This document shows positions 8,799-18,732 of a stretch of DNA of 64,000 nucleotides, one piece after another. Origin of the DNA: an uncultured Actinomycetota bacterium (lineage in GTDB: Bacteria; Actinomycetota; Acidimicrobiia; Acidimicrobiales; RAAP-2); NCBI GenBank assembly GCA_963844575.1, contig CAWJOU010000005.1:767556-831555 (forward strand), written 5' to 3'. The stretch's first letter is position 1, and each line of letters opens with the position of its first letter. The notes under the pieces are model-generated. The model was not told where the DNA came from. It ran no database searches and saw only the letters and a list, made by a program, of their open reading frames with translations. Position numbers and translations under genes: made by a program.

Positions 8799-9836
8799 AG
8801 TGATTCCAAGGGATCGCTGCTGCGCAGCGGTCCACCACCGGCGCGAAAAAGGTGTCCAAGATCGGCGTTGCTCAAAGCCATTCCGACCTTGGAGGTCTCA
8901 TGGACGCCGATCTGGACACCCTTTGCACGGCACTCTACGTGCATGTCGACGACGAGTTGAAGACCCATCCCGAGCTGGCCCGATACCGACCGGTCGTCGG
9001 GATCGCCCCGAAGCTCTCCGACGCCGAGCTCGTCACGCTGTCGGTCGTCCAGGCCCTGTTGGGCTTCAGCTCCGAAACCCGGTTCCTCCGCTTCGCCAAG
9101 GCGCACCTTTGGCACCTGTTCCCCTACGTGCCCAACCAGTCCGGCTACAACAAGCGCCTCCGGGCCGCCGCCGGGCAACTCCAGGCCCTCATCCGGACGG
9201 TGGCCCGCCAGACGACGTTGTGGTCCGACGACCTCTGGATGGTGGACTCCACCCCCGTCGAGTGCGGGCGGTCTCGGGAGACGGCCAAGCGCAGCGAGCT
9301 GTCCGGCTTCGCCGACTACGGGTACTGCGCCAGTCACTCCCGCTACTTCTGGGGCCTCCGGCTCCACCTGGTCACGACGCCGGGCGGGCTGCCGATCACC
9401 TTCGCCCTCTCGAACCCCAAGCTCGACGAGCGCGAGGTACTCCGGGACCTCTTGGAAATCGAGCCCGAGCTGCTCGATGACCACCCCGGCCAGGTCGTCT
9501 TGGCCGACAAGGGGTACCGCAGCGCCGAGCTCGAGACCTTCTTGGCCGATCACGGTGCCACCTTGCTCCGACCGGCCATGCGGGGCGAAGACCAGCGTCC
9601 GGGCGCCCGGTTCTTGAAACCCCTTCGCCAGGTCATCGAGTCGGTCAACGACACCTTGAAGGGCCAGCTCGACCTCGAGCGCCATGGCGGCCGAACGAAG
9701 GCCGGAGTCGTCGTACGGGTGCTGCAACGCCTGCTCGCCCTGACCGCAGTCATCTGGCACAACGACCGCGTCGGTGCCCGGCCCCACCGGTCGCTGCTCG
9801 CCTACGACCACTGACCCCTTGGAATTAATCATCTAG
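8792..9836 (+). mobile_element. IS982-family insertion sequence (about 1045 bp)
   Basis: Terminal inverted repeats: CTAGACGAGTGATTCCAAGGG at 8792..8812, versus the reverse complement of 9816..9836 (CTAGATGATTAATTCCAAGGG), 18/21 matches. One DDE transposase ORF. Confidence 0.8.
8900..9814 (+). CDS. IS982 family DDE transposase
   Basis: N-terminus MDADLDTLCTALYVHVDD and candidate DDE residues in MVDSTPVE, VLADKGY, RQVIESVNDTLK. GGAGG lies 4 nt upstream of ATG 8900. Confidence 0.9.
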   Translation: MDADLDTLCTALYVHVDDELKTHPELARYRPVVGIAPKLSDAELVTLSVVQALLGFSSETRFLRFAKAHLWHLFPYVPNQSGYNKRLRAAAGQLQALIRTVARQTTLWSDDLWMVDSTPVECGRSRETAKRSELSGFADYGYCASHSRYFWGLRLHLVTTPGGLPITFALSNPKLDEREVLRDLLEIEPELLDDHPGQVVLADKGYRSAELETFLADHGATLLRPAMRGEDQRPGARFLKPLRQVIESVNDTLKGQLDLERHGGRTKAGVVVRVLQRLLALTAVIWHNDRVGARPHRSLLAYDH

Positions 9837-10057
9837 GTGATCCGCCCCTCGCCTTCTTGCTCGACTCCGCGCTCGGCCATCTCCTCGTAGTGGGCTGCGA
9901 CGTCTTTCGGGTCGCCGGCGATCGTCGGGTCCTCTCGGGCCCGGTCCGCCGCCGCTTCCTCGTCGGTGGTCGGCGCCCGGTCCGCCCCGCGGGTGACCGA
10001 TGCGTCCTCGACCTCCGCGGCCTCCGTCTCGTCGTCCGGCGTCGTTCGATCAGTCAT
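9833..10057 (-). CDS. small acidic hypothetical protein (74 aa)
   Basis: ATG 10057 is preceded by GGAGAGGGAGG. The protein is Asp/Glu rich. Its stop codon lies inside the IS982 right inverted repeat. Confidence 0.4.
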   Translation of the reverse strand: MTDRTTPDDETEAAEVEDASVTRGADRAPTTDEEAAADRAREDPTIAGDPKDVAAHYEEMAERGVEQEGEGRIT

Positions 10058-10089
10058 CGCGCCTCCCTCTCCGGTCAGGCCATCGCGCT

Positions 10090-11088
10090 TCAGGGGAGTA
10101 CCTGCCCCGGTGGCGTCCGCGACAAACCGTCGAACGTCGTCACCGCCGGGTGGTCGGACCGGGAGACCCACACATGGTCGCCCTCGACCAGCTGCAGCTC
10201 GGCCGCGTTGCCCCGGCTCAGCTGGACCCAGATCGGGTCGCCGCCCTCCAGCCGGAGGTCGACGCGGACCTCGAAGCCGAGGTGGGTGACCCGCTCGACC
10301 GCCACCGCCCGGCTGCCGGGCTCCGGCTCGAGGTGCAGGACGAGGTCGTGCGGTCGCACCGGCTGGCCGTCGAGCACGGTCGCCGGCCCGAGGAAGTTGA
10401 GGACGAACTCGTTGTTCGGGTGGTCGTAGATCTCGCCGGGCGGGCCGACCTGTTCGAGCCGCCCGTCGTTGATGATGGCCAGCCGGTCGGCGACCTCCAT
10501 CGCCTCCTCCTGGTCGTGGGTGACGAGGATGGTCGTGACGGCGATCTTCTCGTGCAGCTCCCGCAGCCACACCCGGAGCTGCTGGCGGACCTGGGCGTCG
10601 AGAGCCCCGAACGGCTCGTCGAGGAGGAGGACCCGCGGCTCGATGGCCAGCGCCCGGGCCAGCGCCATCCGCTGGCGCTGGCCGCCGGACAGCTGCGACG
10701 GGTAGCGGTCGGCGACGTGGGTGATGCGGACGAGGTCGAGCAGCTCGTCGACCCGTTGGCGGATCTCCGCCTTCGGTCGGCGGCGGATCTCCAGGCCGAA
10801 GGCGACGTTCCGCCGGACGGTCAGGTGACGGAAGGGCGCGTAGTGCTGGAAGCAGAAGCCGATGCCCCGGTCCCGGACCGGCACGCCGGTCACGTCCTGG
10901 CCGTCGATCTCGATCGTGCCGGTGTCGGGGATCTCGAGCCCGGCGATGACCCGCAGCAGGGTGGACTTGCCGCCGCCGCTCGGCCCGAGCAGGGCGGTGA
11001 GCGAGCCGGCGGGGACCTCCAGGCTTACGTCGCGGAGGGCAGCAGCATCTCCGAAGCGCTTGGAGATTGATCGGATGATGATCGCCAT
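10090..11088 (-). CDS. cysA: sulfate/thiosulfate ABC transporter ATP-binding protein
   Basis: Walker [10 protein letters not shown], signature LSGGQRQR, Walker B LLLDEP, CysA-type C-terminal regulatory domain. Start at MAIIIRS within track ORF 10090..11766. Confidence 0.9.
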   Translation of the reverse strand: MAIIIRSISKRFGDAAALRDVSLEVPAGSLTALLGPSGGGKSTLLRVIAGLEIPDTGTIEIDGQDVTGVPVRDRGIGFCFQHYAPFRHLTVRRNVAFGLEIRRRPKAEIRQRVDELLDLVRITHVADRYPSQLSGGQRQRMALARALAIEPRVLLLDEPFGALDAQVRQQLRVWLRELHEKIAVTTILVTHDQEEAMEVADRLAIINDGRLEQVGPPGEIYDHPNNEFVLNFLGPATVLDGQPVRPHDLVLHLEPEPGSRAVAVERVTHLGFEVRVDLRLEGGDPIWVQLSRGNAAELQLVEGDHVWVSRSDHPAVTTFDGLSRTPPGQVLP

Positions 11089-11885
11089 CGGGTTGCCCTC
11101 CTTTCGCGGTCGCCTCCCAACAGGGCCAGCACGACGAATGCCACCACGGCCAAGATAACGGCACCGGCGTACGCGCCGACGGGGTTCAGGTTCTCGATGC
11201 TGTCCTGGATGAACAGCGTCAGCGTCTGCGTGCGGCCCTCGATGTTCCCCGAGACGATGACGACCGCGCCGAACTCGCCGAGCACCCGGGCCGTCGTCAG
11301 CGTCACGCCGTAGGCGAGGCCGCGGCGGATCGACGGGAGCGTGATCCGCCGGAACGTCGTCAGCGAGCCGGCGCCGAGCGTCGTCGCGGCCTGCTCCTGC
11401 TCCGTCCCGATCTCCTGGAGGACCGGCAGAACCTCGCGGACGACGTACGGCAGGGCGACGGTCGCCGACGCCATGATGATGCCGGGCACGGAGAAGATGA
11501 CCTGGATGCCCCAACCGGCGAGCGTGTTGCCGAACCAGCCGGCCTGGCCGTAGACGAGGACGAGCGCCAGCCCCACGACGACCGGCGAGATGGCCAGCGG
11601 GATGTCGACGAACGCGTCGAGCAGCCAGGCCCCCGGGAACCGGTGCCGGGCCAGGATCAGCGCGACGCCGACGCCGAAGACCGTGTCGAGCGGCACCGCG
11701 ATGAGCACGACGATCAACGTGAGCCAGATGGCGTGGAGCGCGTCGGGCGTCGTCACCGCGTCCCACGCCGTGGCGACGCCGTGCTCGAAGGCCCGGTAGA
11801 AGACCGACGACACCGGGATCACGACCAGCAGGGCCAGGTAGCCGAGCGCCAGGACCCGGAGCGGCCAGCGCCAGCGGGACTTCAT
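11025..11885 (-). CDS. cysW: sulfate ABC transporter permease
   Basis: EAA-like loop ([23 protein letters not shown]), 6 TM. The start ATG overlaps the cysT stop (ATGA). The 3' end overlaps cysA by 64 nt. Confidence 0.85.
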   Translation of the reverse strand: MKSRWRWPLRVLALGYLALLVVIPVSSVFYRAFEHGVATAWDAVTTPDALHAIWLTLIVVLIAVPLDTVFGVGVALILARHRFPGAWLLDAFVDIPLAISPVVVGLALVLVYGQAGWFGNTLAGWGIQVIFSVPGIIMASATVALPYVVREVLPVLQEIGTEQEQAATTLGAGSLTTFRRITLPSIRRGLAYGVTLTTARVLGEFGAVVIVSGNIEGRTQTLTLFIQDSIENLNPVGAYAGAVILAVVAFVVLALLGGDRERRATRWRSSSDQSPSASEMLLPSAT

Positions 11886-12712
11886 ACCGCCTCCGAGACG
11901 TCGAACCGCCGGCGCAGGAGCCCGATGCCGGTGAGGACGACCAGGGCGACGACGATGAGGACGACCGACACCGCGGCCGCGCCGGAGAGCTGGCTGCTCT
12001 GCGTCAGGCTGTAGATCCACGACGACGCCACTTCGGTCTTGAACGGCAGGTTGCCGGAGATCAGGACGACCGAGCCGAACTCGCCGATCGCCCGGGCGAA
12101 CGCCAGCCCGGCTCCGGCCAGCATCGCCGGCGCGATGCTCGGGAGGATGACCCGTCGCAGGACCGTGGTCGACGACGCGCCGAGCGAGGCCGCGGCCTCC
12201 TCCGTCTCGCGATCGAGCTCGGCCAGGACGGGCTGGACCGACCGCACGCAGAACGGCAGCGTGACGAACGCCAGCGCGAACAGGATGCCGATCCGGGTCC
12301 CCGCCACGTTGACGCCGAACGGGCTGCCCGGCCCGTAGAGGGTGAGCAGCGTCAGGCCGGCCACCACCGTCGGCAGCGCGAACGGGAGGTCGATGACCGC
12401 CCCGAGCAGTTTCTTCCCCGGGAACTCGTCCCGCACGAGCACCCAGGCGATGACGACGCCGGCCAGCGAGTTGAAGACCGCGATGATCAGCGAGCAGACC
12501 AGCGTGAGCTTCAGCGCGGCGACCGCCTCGGGCTGGGAGATCGCTCGCCAGAACGGGCCCCAGCCGCCGCTGAACGCCTTGCTCAGCACCGCGGCCACCG
12601 GCAGGAGGACGAGGAGGCTCAGGTACGTGACCGCCAGCCCGGGACCGCCGATGCGCCCGAGCAGGCGAAGGACCCGGGACCGATGGTCCCGGGTCCTGCC
12701 GCCCCCCGCCAT
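11882..12712 (-). CDS. cysT: sulfate ABC transporter permease
   Basis: Permease with an EAA loop ([23 protein letters not shown]), located between the binding-protein gene and cysW. Confidence 0.85.
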   Translation of the reverse strand: MAGGGRTRDHRSRVLRLLGRIGGPGLAVTYLSLLVLLPVAAVLSKAFSGGWGPFWRAISQPEAVAALKLTLVCSLIIAVFNSLAGVVIAWVLVRDEFPGKKLLGAVIDLPFALPTVVAGLTLLTLYGPGSPFGVNVAGTRIGILFALAFVTLPFCVRSVQPVLAELDRETEEAAASLGASSTTVLRRVILPSIAPAMLAGAGLAFARAIGEFGSVVLISGNLPFKTEVASSWIYSLTQSSQLSGAAAVSVVLIVVALVVLTGIGLLRRRFDVSEAV

Positions 12713-12740
12713 CTGGCGGGGCAGTGCGATGTCGGTCGCG

Positions 12741-13775
12741 TCAGCTCTTCGCAGTGGACACTCCGAGACCGCTCTCGATCCTCGCGACGATGCCGGTTGT
12801 CGGGTCGAAGAACGTCGTGTTGACCTTTGTCCAGCCGCCGAGCGTTGTGATCGTGAAGAGGCTCTTCGGCTTCGCGAAGTTGAACCTCGCGGCCACCGAC
12901 GGCAGTACCGGCCGGTAACCCTGCTGCCCCCAGACCTTCTGGCCGGCCGGCGACAGCAGGTAGGCGACGAACGCCTTCGCCACCGTTGGGTTCGCCGCCT
13001 TCGTCGTCACCGCGATCGGGTTCTGGATCAGGATCGTCTGCGGCGGCGTGATCACCGAGATCGGCTCGCCCTGGCTCTTGGCGTAGAGCGCGTCGTCCTC
13101 GTAGTCGAGGAGCACGTCACCCTGGCCGGCCAGGAACGTCTGCAGCGCGCTGCTGGCGCTGCTCGGCTGGGCGACCGTGTTCTTGAGCAGCTTGGCCAGG
13201 TAGGCGTTGCCCTGGGCTTTCGACTTGCCCTGCGCCAGCTGGGCGCCGTAGGCGGCCATCAGGTTCCACTTGGCGCTGCCCGAGCTGAACGGGTTCGGCG
13301 TGATGACCTGGACGCCCGGCTTCACCAGGTCGGCCCACGACGTGATGTGCTTCGGGTTCCCCTTCCGGACGATGAACGACACGATCGAGTTGGTGACGAA
13401 CCCCTTCGTCGGGCCCTTGTTCCAGCTGCTCGACACGTCGCCGGCCTTCACCAGCTTCTGCATGTCCGGCGAGAGCGAGAAGTTGACGACTGTCGCCGGC
13501 AGCCCGCTGACGACGTCTGTCGCCTGCGTGCCCGACGGCCCGTACGACTGGACGACTGTGACGCCCTGTCCGGCCTTCGTCGCCTGGAACGCCTTGACCA
13601 GCGCGGCGTAGGCCGGCTTGGGCGTCGAATAGGCGACGAGGTTGACCGACTGGCCGGCCGCCCCGGTCGAGCCGGCGACCGTGAAGAGCAGGACCGACGC
13701 CAGCGCCGGCGGGACGATCAGGGCGACGATGCGGGAGGCGATCGAGCGTGAATGGTGATTTCGATGGGATCTCAT
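12741..13775 (-). CDS. cysP: sulfate ABC transporter substrate-binding protein
   Basis: Signal/anchor sequence followed by sulfate-binding-protein-like segments (NLVAYSTPKPAY, NPFSSGSAKWNLMAAYGAQL). First gene of the cysPTWA operon. Confidence 0.85.
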   Translation of the reverse strand: MRSHRNHHSRSIASRIVALIVPPALASVLLFTVAGSTGAAGQSVNLVAYSTPKPAYAALVKAFQATKAGQGVTVVQSYGPSGTQATDVVSGLPATVVNFSLSPDMQKLVKAGDVSSSWNKGPTKGFVTNSIVSFIVRKGNPKHITSWADLVKPGVQVITPNPFSSGSAKWNLMAAYGAQLAQGKSKAQGNAYLAKLLKNTVAQPSSASSALQTFLAGQGDVLLDYEDDALYAKSQGEPISVITPPQTILIQNPIAVTTKAANPTVAKAFVAYLLSPAGQKVWGQQGYRPVLPSVAARFNFAKPKSLFTITTLGGWTKVNTTFFDPTTGIVARIESGLGVSTAKS

Positions 13776-13911
13776 GGTGCACTATTTCTTACCGATTTGA
13801 TCGGGTTTGTCAAGGGGTATATGTCGAAATGGTTACGAATTCGCCATTCTCCCCGTTAGCGGGCCGTTCTCCCCGTTGGCAGCGGCCGGCCACCTCGGGA
13901 ATGATGGGGCC

Positions 13912-14763
13912 GTGCGCCGCTACGTGCTGACCGTAACCTGTCCCGACCGGATCGGGATCGTCGCGGCCGTGAGCGGCTTCGTCGCCGGCCACGGCGGCTG
14001 GGTCGTCGAGGCGGCCCAGCACGGCGACCTGTCGACCGGGCGGTTCTTCTGTCGGCTCGAAATGATCGCCGACTCGTTGCCGTTCGGCCCCGACGGGCTC
14101 GGCGAGCGGTTCGCCGCAGTCGCCGACGAGTTCGACATGGACTGGCACGTCACCGACACCGACGTCCGTAAGCGAGTCGTCGTGCTCGTGAGCAAGGAGG
14201 AGCACTGCCTGGCCGACCTCCTGTACCGCTGGCGGAGCGGCGACCTCGACTGTGACATCGCCGCCGTCATCTCCAACCACGACGTCCTCCGGCCACTCGT
14301 CGAGTGGCACGACATCGCCTTCCATCACGTCCCGGTCGACCGGTCAGCCAAGGAGAAGGCGTTCGACGAGATCGGCCGCCTGTTCGACGACGTCGGCGGT
14401 GACGTCATGGTCCTCGCCCGGTACATGCAGATCCTGCCGCCCGACCTCTGCGCCCGCTACGGCGGCCGGATCATCAACATCCACCACAGCTTCCTGCCGT
14501 CGTTCGCCGGCGCCAAGCCCTACCACCAGGCGTTCGAGCGGGGCGTGAAGCTGATCGGCGCGACGTGCCACTACGTGACCGCCGATCTCGACGGCGGCCC
14601 GATCATCGAGCAGGACACCCGCCGGATCGACCATGCCGACTCGCCCGAGGAGCTCGTCCGCATCGGCCGGGACATCGAGCAGACCGTCCTCGCCCGCGGG
14701 TTGCGGTGGCACGTCGAGGACCGCGTCCTCATCAACGGCAACAAGACCGTCGTCTTCGCCTGA
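13912..14763 (+). CDS. purU: formyltetrahydrofolate deformylase
   Basis: N-terminal ACT domain (VLTVTCPDRIGIVAAVSGF) plus a formyltransferase domain (INIHHSFLPSFAGAKPYHQA). Start placed at in-frame GTG 13912 in track ORF 13807..14763. Confidence 0.85.
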   Translation: MRRYVLTVTCPDRIGIVAAVSGFVAGHGGWVVEAAQHGDLSTGRFFCRLEMIADSLPFGPDGLGERFAAVADEFDMDWHVTDTDVRKRVVVLVSKEEHCLADLLYRWRSGDLDCDIAAVISNHDVLRPLVEWHDIAFHHVPVDRSAKEKAFDEIGRLFDDVGGDVMVLARYMQILPPDLCARYGGRIINIHHSFLPSFAGAKPYHQAFERGVKLIGATCHYVTADLDGGPIIEQDTRRIDHADSPEELVRIGRDIEQTVLARGLRWHVEDRVLINGNKTVVFA

Positions 14764-14835
14764 CGTTCGTCCGCCGGCCGCCCGTTGCGGCGCGACGGGC
14801 GGTTCTCCGTTCCCTCCGCCTCCCCGTTCAGCCGT

Positions 14836-15507
14836 TCAGCCGTTCCGCCGTTCCGCCGTTCCGCTGGCGTTGGCACCGGCGACGATCGCGCCGACGAGCG
14901 TCCGGAGGGCGTAGTCGAACACCACCTCCTCGTCGAGGTGGTGCGCCAGGTGCGCCAGCAGCTCCGGTGCGCCCGGCACGTCCGCCGCCGTCCACAGCGC
15001 CTCTGGCTCCTCCCGCTGCGTCGGCTGGCGCGCCACCTGCCGGCCGATCAGCACCGAGCCGACGACGAGCGTCAGGATGGCCTGGAGCGCGAGCGCGGCC
15101 TCCGCGCCCTGGAGGCCGGCTGACGCCAGCTCGCGGACGAGCACCCGGCGGGCCGGCTGGAAGAGCGCGGCCGTTCGTCCCTGCCGCTGGACCACCGCGA
15201 CGAGGTCGGCCTGGTCGAGCAAGGAGCGGCGGAGTGAGCGGCCGGCCGACACCAGCCGGGCCTCTGGGCCCCGCCCGCCGACCGAGATCTCGCCGATCTG
15301 CTCGATGATCCGGTCGACCAGTCCGTCCAGTAGCGCCTGCTTGTCGCCGACGTGCCAGTAGATCGCGGTCACCGCCACGCCGAGCTTCGCCGCCAGCCCC
15401 CGGATCGTCAGGCGGTCCGCGCCGTCGGCCCGGACGATCTCCATCGCTGCGTCGAGCACCTGGTCCCGGGAGAGCGGTGGACCCCCTTGACGCCCTCGGC
15501 CGGTCAT
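14836..15507 (-). CDS. TetR family transcriptional regulator
   Basis: HTH segment LTIRGLAAKLGVAVTAIYWHVGDKQALL. Divergent from the amidohydrolase cluster. Confidence 0.85.
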   Translation of the reverse strand: MTGRGRQGGPPLSRDQVLDAAMEIVRADGADRLTIRGLAAKLGVAVTAIYWHVGDKQALLDGLVDRIIEQIGEISVGGRGPEARLVSAGRSLRRSLLDQADLVAVVQRQGRTAALFQPARRVLVRELASAGLQGAEAALALQAILTLVVGSVLIGRQVARQPTQREEPEALWTAADVPGAPELLAHLAHHLDEEVVFDYALRTLVGAIVAGANASGTAERRNG

Positions 15508-15581
15508 GTAACGATGCTACAGAAGAGCCGACGCCGGTTACGCACCGGACCAGCGTCGCACGGGGGAAGGGGTGCGCGCCG

Positions 15582-16808
15582 ATGACCGACACCGACCGGT
15601 ACGTCATCGTCTCCGCCGACTGCCACGGCGGGGCCGAGCTGTACGAGTACCGCGACTACCTCGAACGCCGGCACCACGACGCGTTCGACGCCTGGGCCCG
15701 CGACTACGCCATCCCGTTCGAGGACCTCATGGGCGACGAGGGCGGCCGGAACTGGGACAGCGACCGGCGGCTGGCCGACCTCGAGACCGACGGCATCGTC
15801 GCGGAGGTCATCTACCCGAACACGATCCCGCCGTTCTACCCGGAGCCGTCGTTGAAGGCCCAGCTGCCCGGGGCCACCGAGGGCGACCTCGACCTCCGCT
15901 GGGCCGGCCTGCGAGCCCACAACCGGTGGCTTCTCGACTTCTGCAACGCTGCGCCTGGCCGGCGGGCCGGGATCGCCCAGATCATGCTGCACGACGTCGA
16001 CGCCGCGGTGGCCGAGATCGAGTGGGCCGCCGGCGCCGGCCTGCGCGGCGGCGTGCTGCTGCCCGGCGCGCCACCCGGCTCCGGCTTGGAACCCCTCTAC
16101 TCCCCGGTCTACGAGCCGATCTGGCGAGCCTGCGCGGCGACCGGCCTCGTGGTGAACCACCACAGCGGCAGCGCCGTGCCGGCCCTCGGCGACGAGCCGA
16201 TCGACCAGGTGACGTTCCTGCTCGAGGTCACGTGGTACGCCCACCGGGCCCTGTGGAACCTGGTCTTCGGCGGCGTGATGGAGCGCCATCCCGACCTGCA
16301 GTTCGTCTTCACCGAGCAGGGGACCGCCTGGATTCCCGAGACCCTCGGCATGCTCGACTTCTTGTTCCACCGGATGGGCACCGCCGTCGGCTCCCAGGAG
16401 TACGAGTGGGGGAACCCCGTCGTCGACAAGCTCAGCCTGCGACCGAGCGAGTACTGGGCCCGCCAGTGCCACATCGGCTCGAGCTTCATGCGGCCGGCCG
16501 AGGCCGCCCTCCGCCACGCTGTCGGCGTCGACCGGATCATGTGGGGGAGCGACTACCCGCACAAGGAGGCCAGCTTCCCGTTCAGCCGCGAAGCGCTCCG
16601 GGTGGCGTTCGCCGGCGTCGACCCGGTCGAGGTCCAGGCGATGATCGGCGGCAACGCCGTCCACCTCTACGGGTTCGACCTCGCCCTCCTCGGCCCGCTG
16701 GCCGCCGGCGTCGGGCCGACGCACGCCGAGATCGCCGAGCCGCTGCCGCTCGACGACATCCCGGCCGATGCCGACCGCTGCCCGGCGTTCGCCGGCCTGC
16801 GGAGCTGA
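15582..16808 (+). CDS. amidohydrolase family 2 (ACMSD-like) protein
   Basis: N-terminus YVIVSADCHGG, plus WGSDYPHKE near the C-terminus. ATG 15582 lies downstream of a GGGGGAAGGGG purine tract. Confidence 0.8.
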   Translation: MTDTDRYVIVSADCHGGAELYEYRDYLERRHHDAFDAWARDYAIPFEDLMGDEGGRNWDSDRRLADLETDGIVAEVIYPNTIPPFYPEPSLKAQLPGATEGDLDLRWAGLRAHNRWLLDFCNAAPGRRAGIAQIMLHDVDAAVAEIEWAAGAGLRGGVLLPGAPPGSGLEPLYSPVYEPIWRACAATGLVVNHHSGSAVPALGDEPIDQVTFLLEVTWYAHRALWNLVFGGVMERHPDLQFVFTEQGTAWIPETLGMLDFLFHRMGTAVGSQEYEWGNPVVDKLSLRPSEYWARQCHIGSSFMRPAEAALRHAVGVDRIMWGSDYPHKEASFPFSREALRVAFAGVDPVEVQAMIGGNAVHLYGFDLALLGPLAAGVGPTHAEIAEPLPLDDIPADADRCPAFAGLRS

Positions 16809-16939
16809 CGGTCAGGACGCGGACGGGCGGACGGGAGCGACCGGCTCGAGAGCCGCCGGGCGGGGAAAGGCGGCACGAGGAAGAGCGGGCACGAGAACGG
16901 GCGGATCGGATCGGCGGGGAGGAAGAGAGGGAGACCGAG

Positions 16940-17746
16940 ATGAGCAGGGTGCGATACGGCGCCAGGTCCGAAAAGGAGCTGCGCAACCGGGAGGTAGAAG
17001 CGACGTCGGTCGACGTCTGGGCGACGACGCTCGTCGCCACGTACCTGACCGATCCAACGGCGATCGCCGCGGTGCTGCCGCCGCCGATCGAACCGGGCGA
17101 CGAGCCGCTCGTCAAGGTGACCGTGGCCACCGTCGACATCCCCGGCTACCCGACGTTCGGCGCCGGGAGCTTTTCGGTGCGGGCCCGGCACGAGGGGACC
17201 GACGGGTACTACGCCCTCTTCATGCCGATGACGACCGAGCAGTCGGTCATCGGCGGCCGTGAGACGTTCGGCGAACCGAAGAAGCTCGCCACCGTCGAGC
17301 TCGCCCACGACGGCGATCGTGTCGTCGGCCGGGTGGCCCGCATGGGCGTGACCGTCATCGAGGTCGCCGGCCGCGTCGCCGACGAGCTCGAGCCACCGGA
17401 CGAGGAGACCCGGACGGACTTCTACTTCAAGTTCCTGCCCGCCCCCGACGGCAAGGGGTTCGACAGCGACCCCGCCCTCGTCTACTGCCACCGGACCGAG
17501 AAGACGCGCACGCTCGCCCGCGTCGACGGCGACGTGCTCCTGCGCTACTCCCGCTTCGACCCCGTCGCCGACCTGCCCGTGCACGAGCTCCGCGACATCC
17601 TGTTCGCCACCCGGAGCAGCGTCCAGCGGGGAGAGATCCACGGGACCGTCCCCGGCGAGTGGCTCCGGCCGTACGTGCACCAGCGCTATGACGACCTCTC
17701 GCCGGTGGGCGGGGACGACCTCTCGCCGGTCGGCGGGGACGAGTAG
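16940..17746 (+). CDS. acetoacetate decarboxylase (ADC) family protein
   Basis: 268 aa; the real part of track ORF 15572..17746. ADC-like segments (FMPMTTEQSVIGGRETFGEPKK, FYFKFLPAPDG). C-terminal 8-aa tandem duplication. Confidence 0.7.
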   Translation: MSRVRYGARSEKELRNREVEATSVDVWATTLVATYLTDPTAIAAVLPPPIEPGDEPLVKVTVATVDIPGYPTFGAGSFSVRARHEGTDGYYALFMPMTTEQSVIGGRETFGEPKKLATVELAHDGDRVVGRVARMGVTVIEVAGRVADELEPPDEETRTDFYFKFLPAPDGKGFDSDPALVYCHRTEKTRTLARVDGDVLLRYSRFDPVADLPVHELRDILFATRSSVQRGEIHGTVPGEWLRPYVHQRYDDLSPVGGDDLSPVGGDE

Positions 17747-17759
17747 GGGAGCCGTCGGT

Positions 17760-18641
17760 ATGGAGGAGCTGGCCGGGAGGGTGGCCGTCGTGACGGGTGG
17801 CGCCGGTGGGATCGGCCGGGCCATCGGCGAGCGATTGGCCGCTGAAGGGATGCGGGTCGTGCTCGCCGACGTCGAGGAGCCGGTGCTCGACCGCACGGTC
17901 GGCGAGTTGCGAGCCCAGTCGTACGAGGTGACCGGCGTCGTTGCCGATGTTGCCGACTACCGGTCGGTCGTCAACCTGCGCGATCGCGCCCTCGACACCT
18001 ACGGCGGCGTCCACCTGCTCTGTAACAACGCCGGCATCGGCGCCGGCGCGGAGGGACCGTTGTGGGAGCACGAGCGCAACGACTGGCGGTGGGCGCTCGG
18101 TGTGAACCTCGAAGGGGTCATCCACGGCATCAACGCCTTCGTGCCCGGCATGGTCGCGTCCGGTGAGCCCGGCCACGTCGTCAACACGTCGTCCGGCAAC
18201 GGCGGGATCTCGCCGCTGCGCGGTACGCCGCAGTACGCGGTGACGAAGGCCGCGGTCGTCACGCTCACCGAGTGCCTCTACGCCCAGCTCCAGGACGCCG
18301 GGTCCGTCGTCGGCGCGTCCGTCCTCTTCCCCGGGCCGAACATGCTGCGGACCGGCCTCTTCGAGTCGTGGCGCAACCGCCCGACCGCCCTGGCCAAGGA
18401 GCGGCCGCGGGTCACGCCGTACCCGACCGTCGAGGACGTCGAGCGGCAGATGGCCGCAGCCGGCATCCAGGTCGAGTACACCGAGCCGGCCGACGTCGCC
18501 GACCAGGTCGCCCGCGGCGTGAAGGCCGGCGACTTCTGGATCCTCGCCCCGAGCGCCCGCATCGACGAGCAGATCCGCGCCCGCGCCGAATCGATGCTCG
18601 CCCGGTCGAACCCGACGTACCTGCGCGAGGTCCCGGGGTGA
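17760..18641 (+). CDS. SDR family oxidoreductase
   Basis: TGGAGGIG cofactor motif, NNAG, and a YAVTK catalytic motif. Confidence 0.85.
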   Translation: MEELAGRVAVVTGGAGGIGRAIGERLAAEGMRVVLADVEEPVLDRTVGELRAQSYEVTGVVADVADYRSVVNLRDRALDTYGGVHLLCNNAGIGAGAEGPLWEHERNDWRWALGVNLEGVIHGINAFVPGMVASGEPGHVVNTSSGNGGISPLRGTPQYAVTKAAVVTLTECLYAQLQDAGSVVGASVLFPGPNMLRTGLFESWRNRPTALAKERPRVTPYPTVEDVERQMAAAGIQVEYTEPADVADQVARGVKAGDFWILAPSARIDEQIRARAESMLARSNPTYLREVPG

Positions 18642-18732
18642 CGGTTCCCGACCGAGAGGGCGGGGTGCTCCCGGACCGAGAAGGCGGAGAACCCGACCGA
18701 GAAGACCGAGAAGACCGAGAAGGAGTGCAGGC

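Noticed and set aside
11025-11088. The 64-nt cysW/cysA overlap, as evidence of a frameshift.
   Set aside because: CysA has a canonical N-terminus starting at ATG 11088, and CysW has normal length. No alternative frame gives a better junction. I kept it as an unusually long natural overlap, verifiable only with reads or orthologues.
15572-16939. The 5' portion of the 724-aa track ORF 15572..17746, as a fusion protein.
   Set aside because: This portion is an Arg/Pro-rich off-frame reading of the amidohydrolase gene. The ADC-family gene starts at ATG 16940.
17690-17737. 24-nt tandem duplication (DDLSPVGG twice) at the C-terminus of the ADC-family protein.
   Set aside because: The duplication is real, but it is an in-frame tail duplication outside the conserved fold with no evident functional implication.
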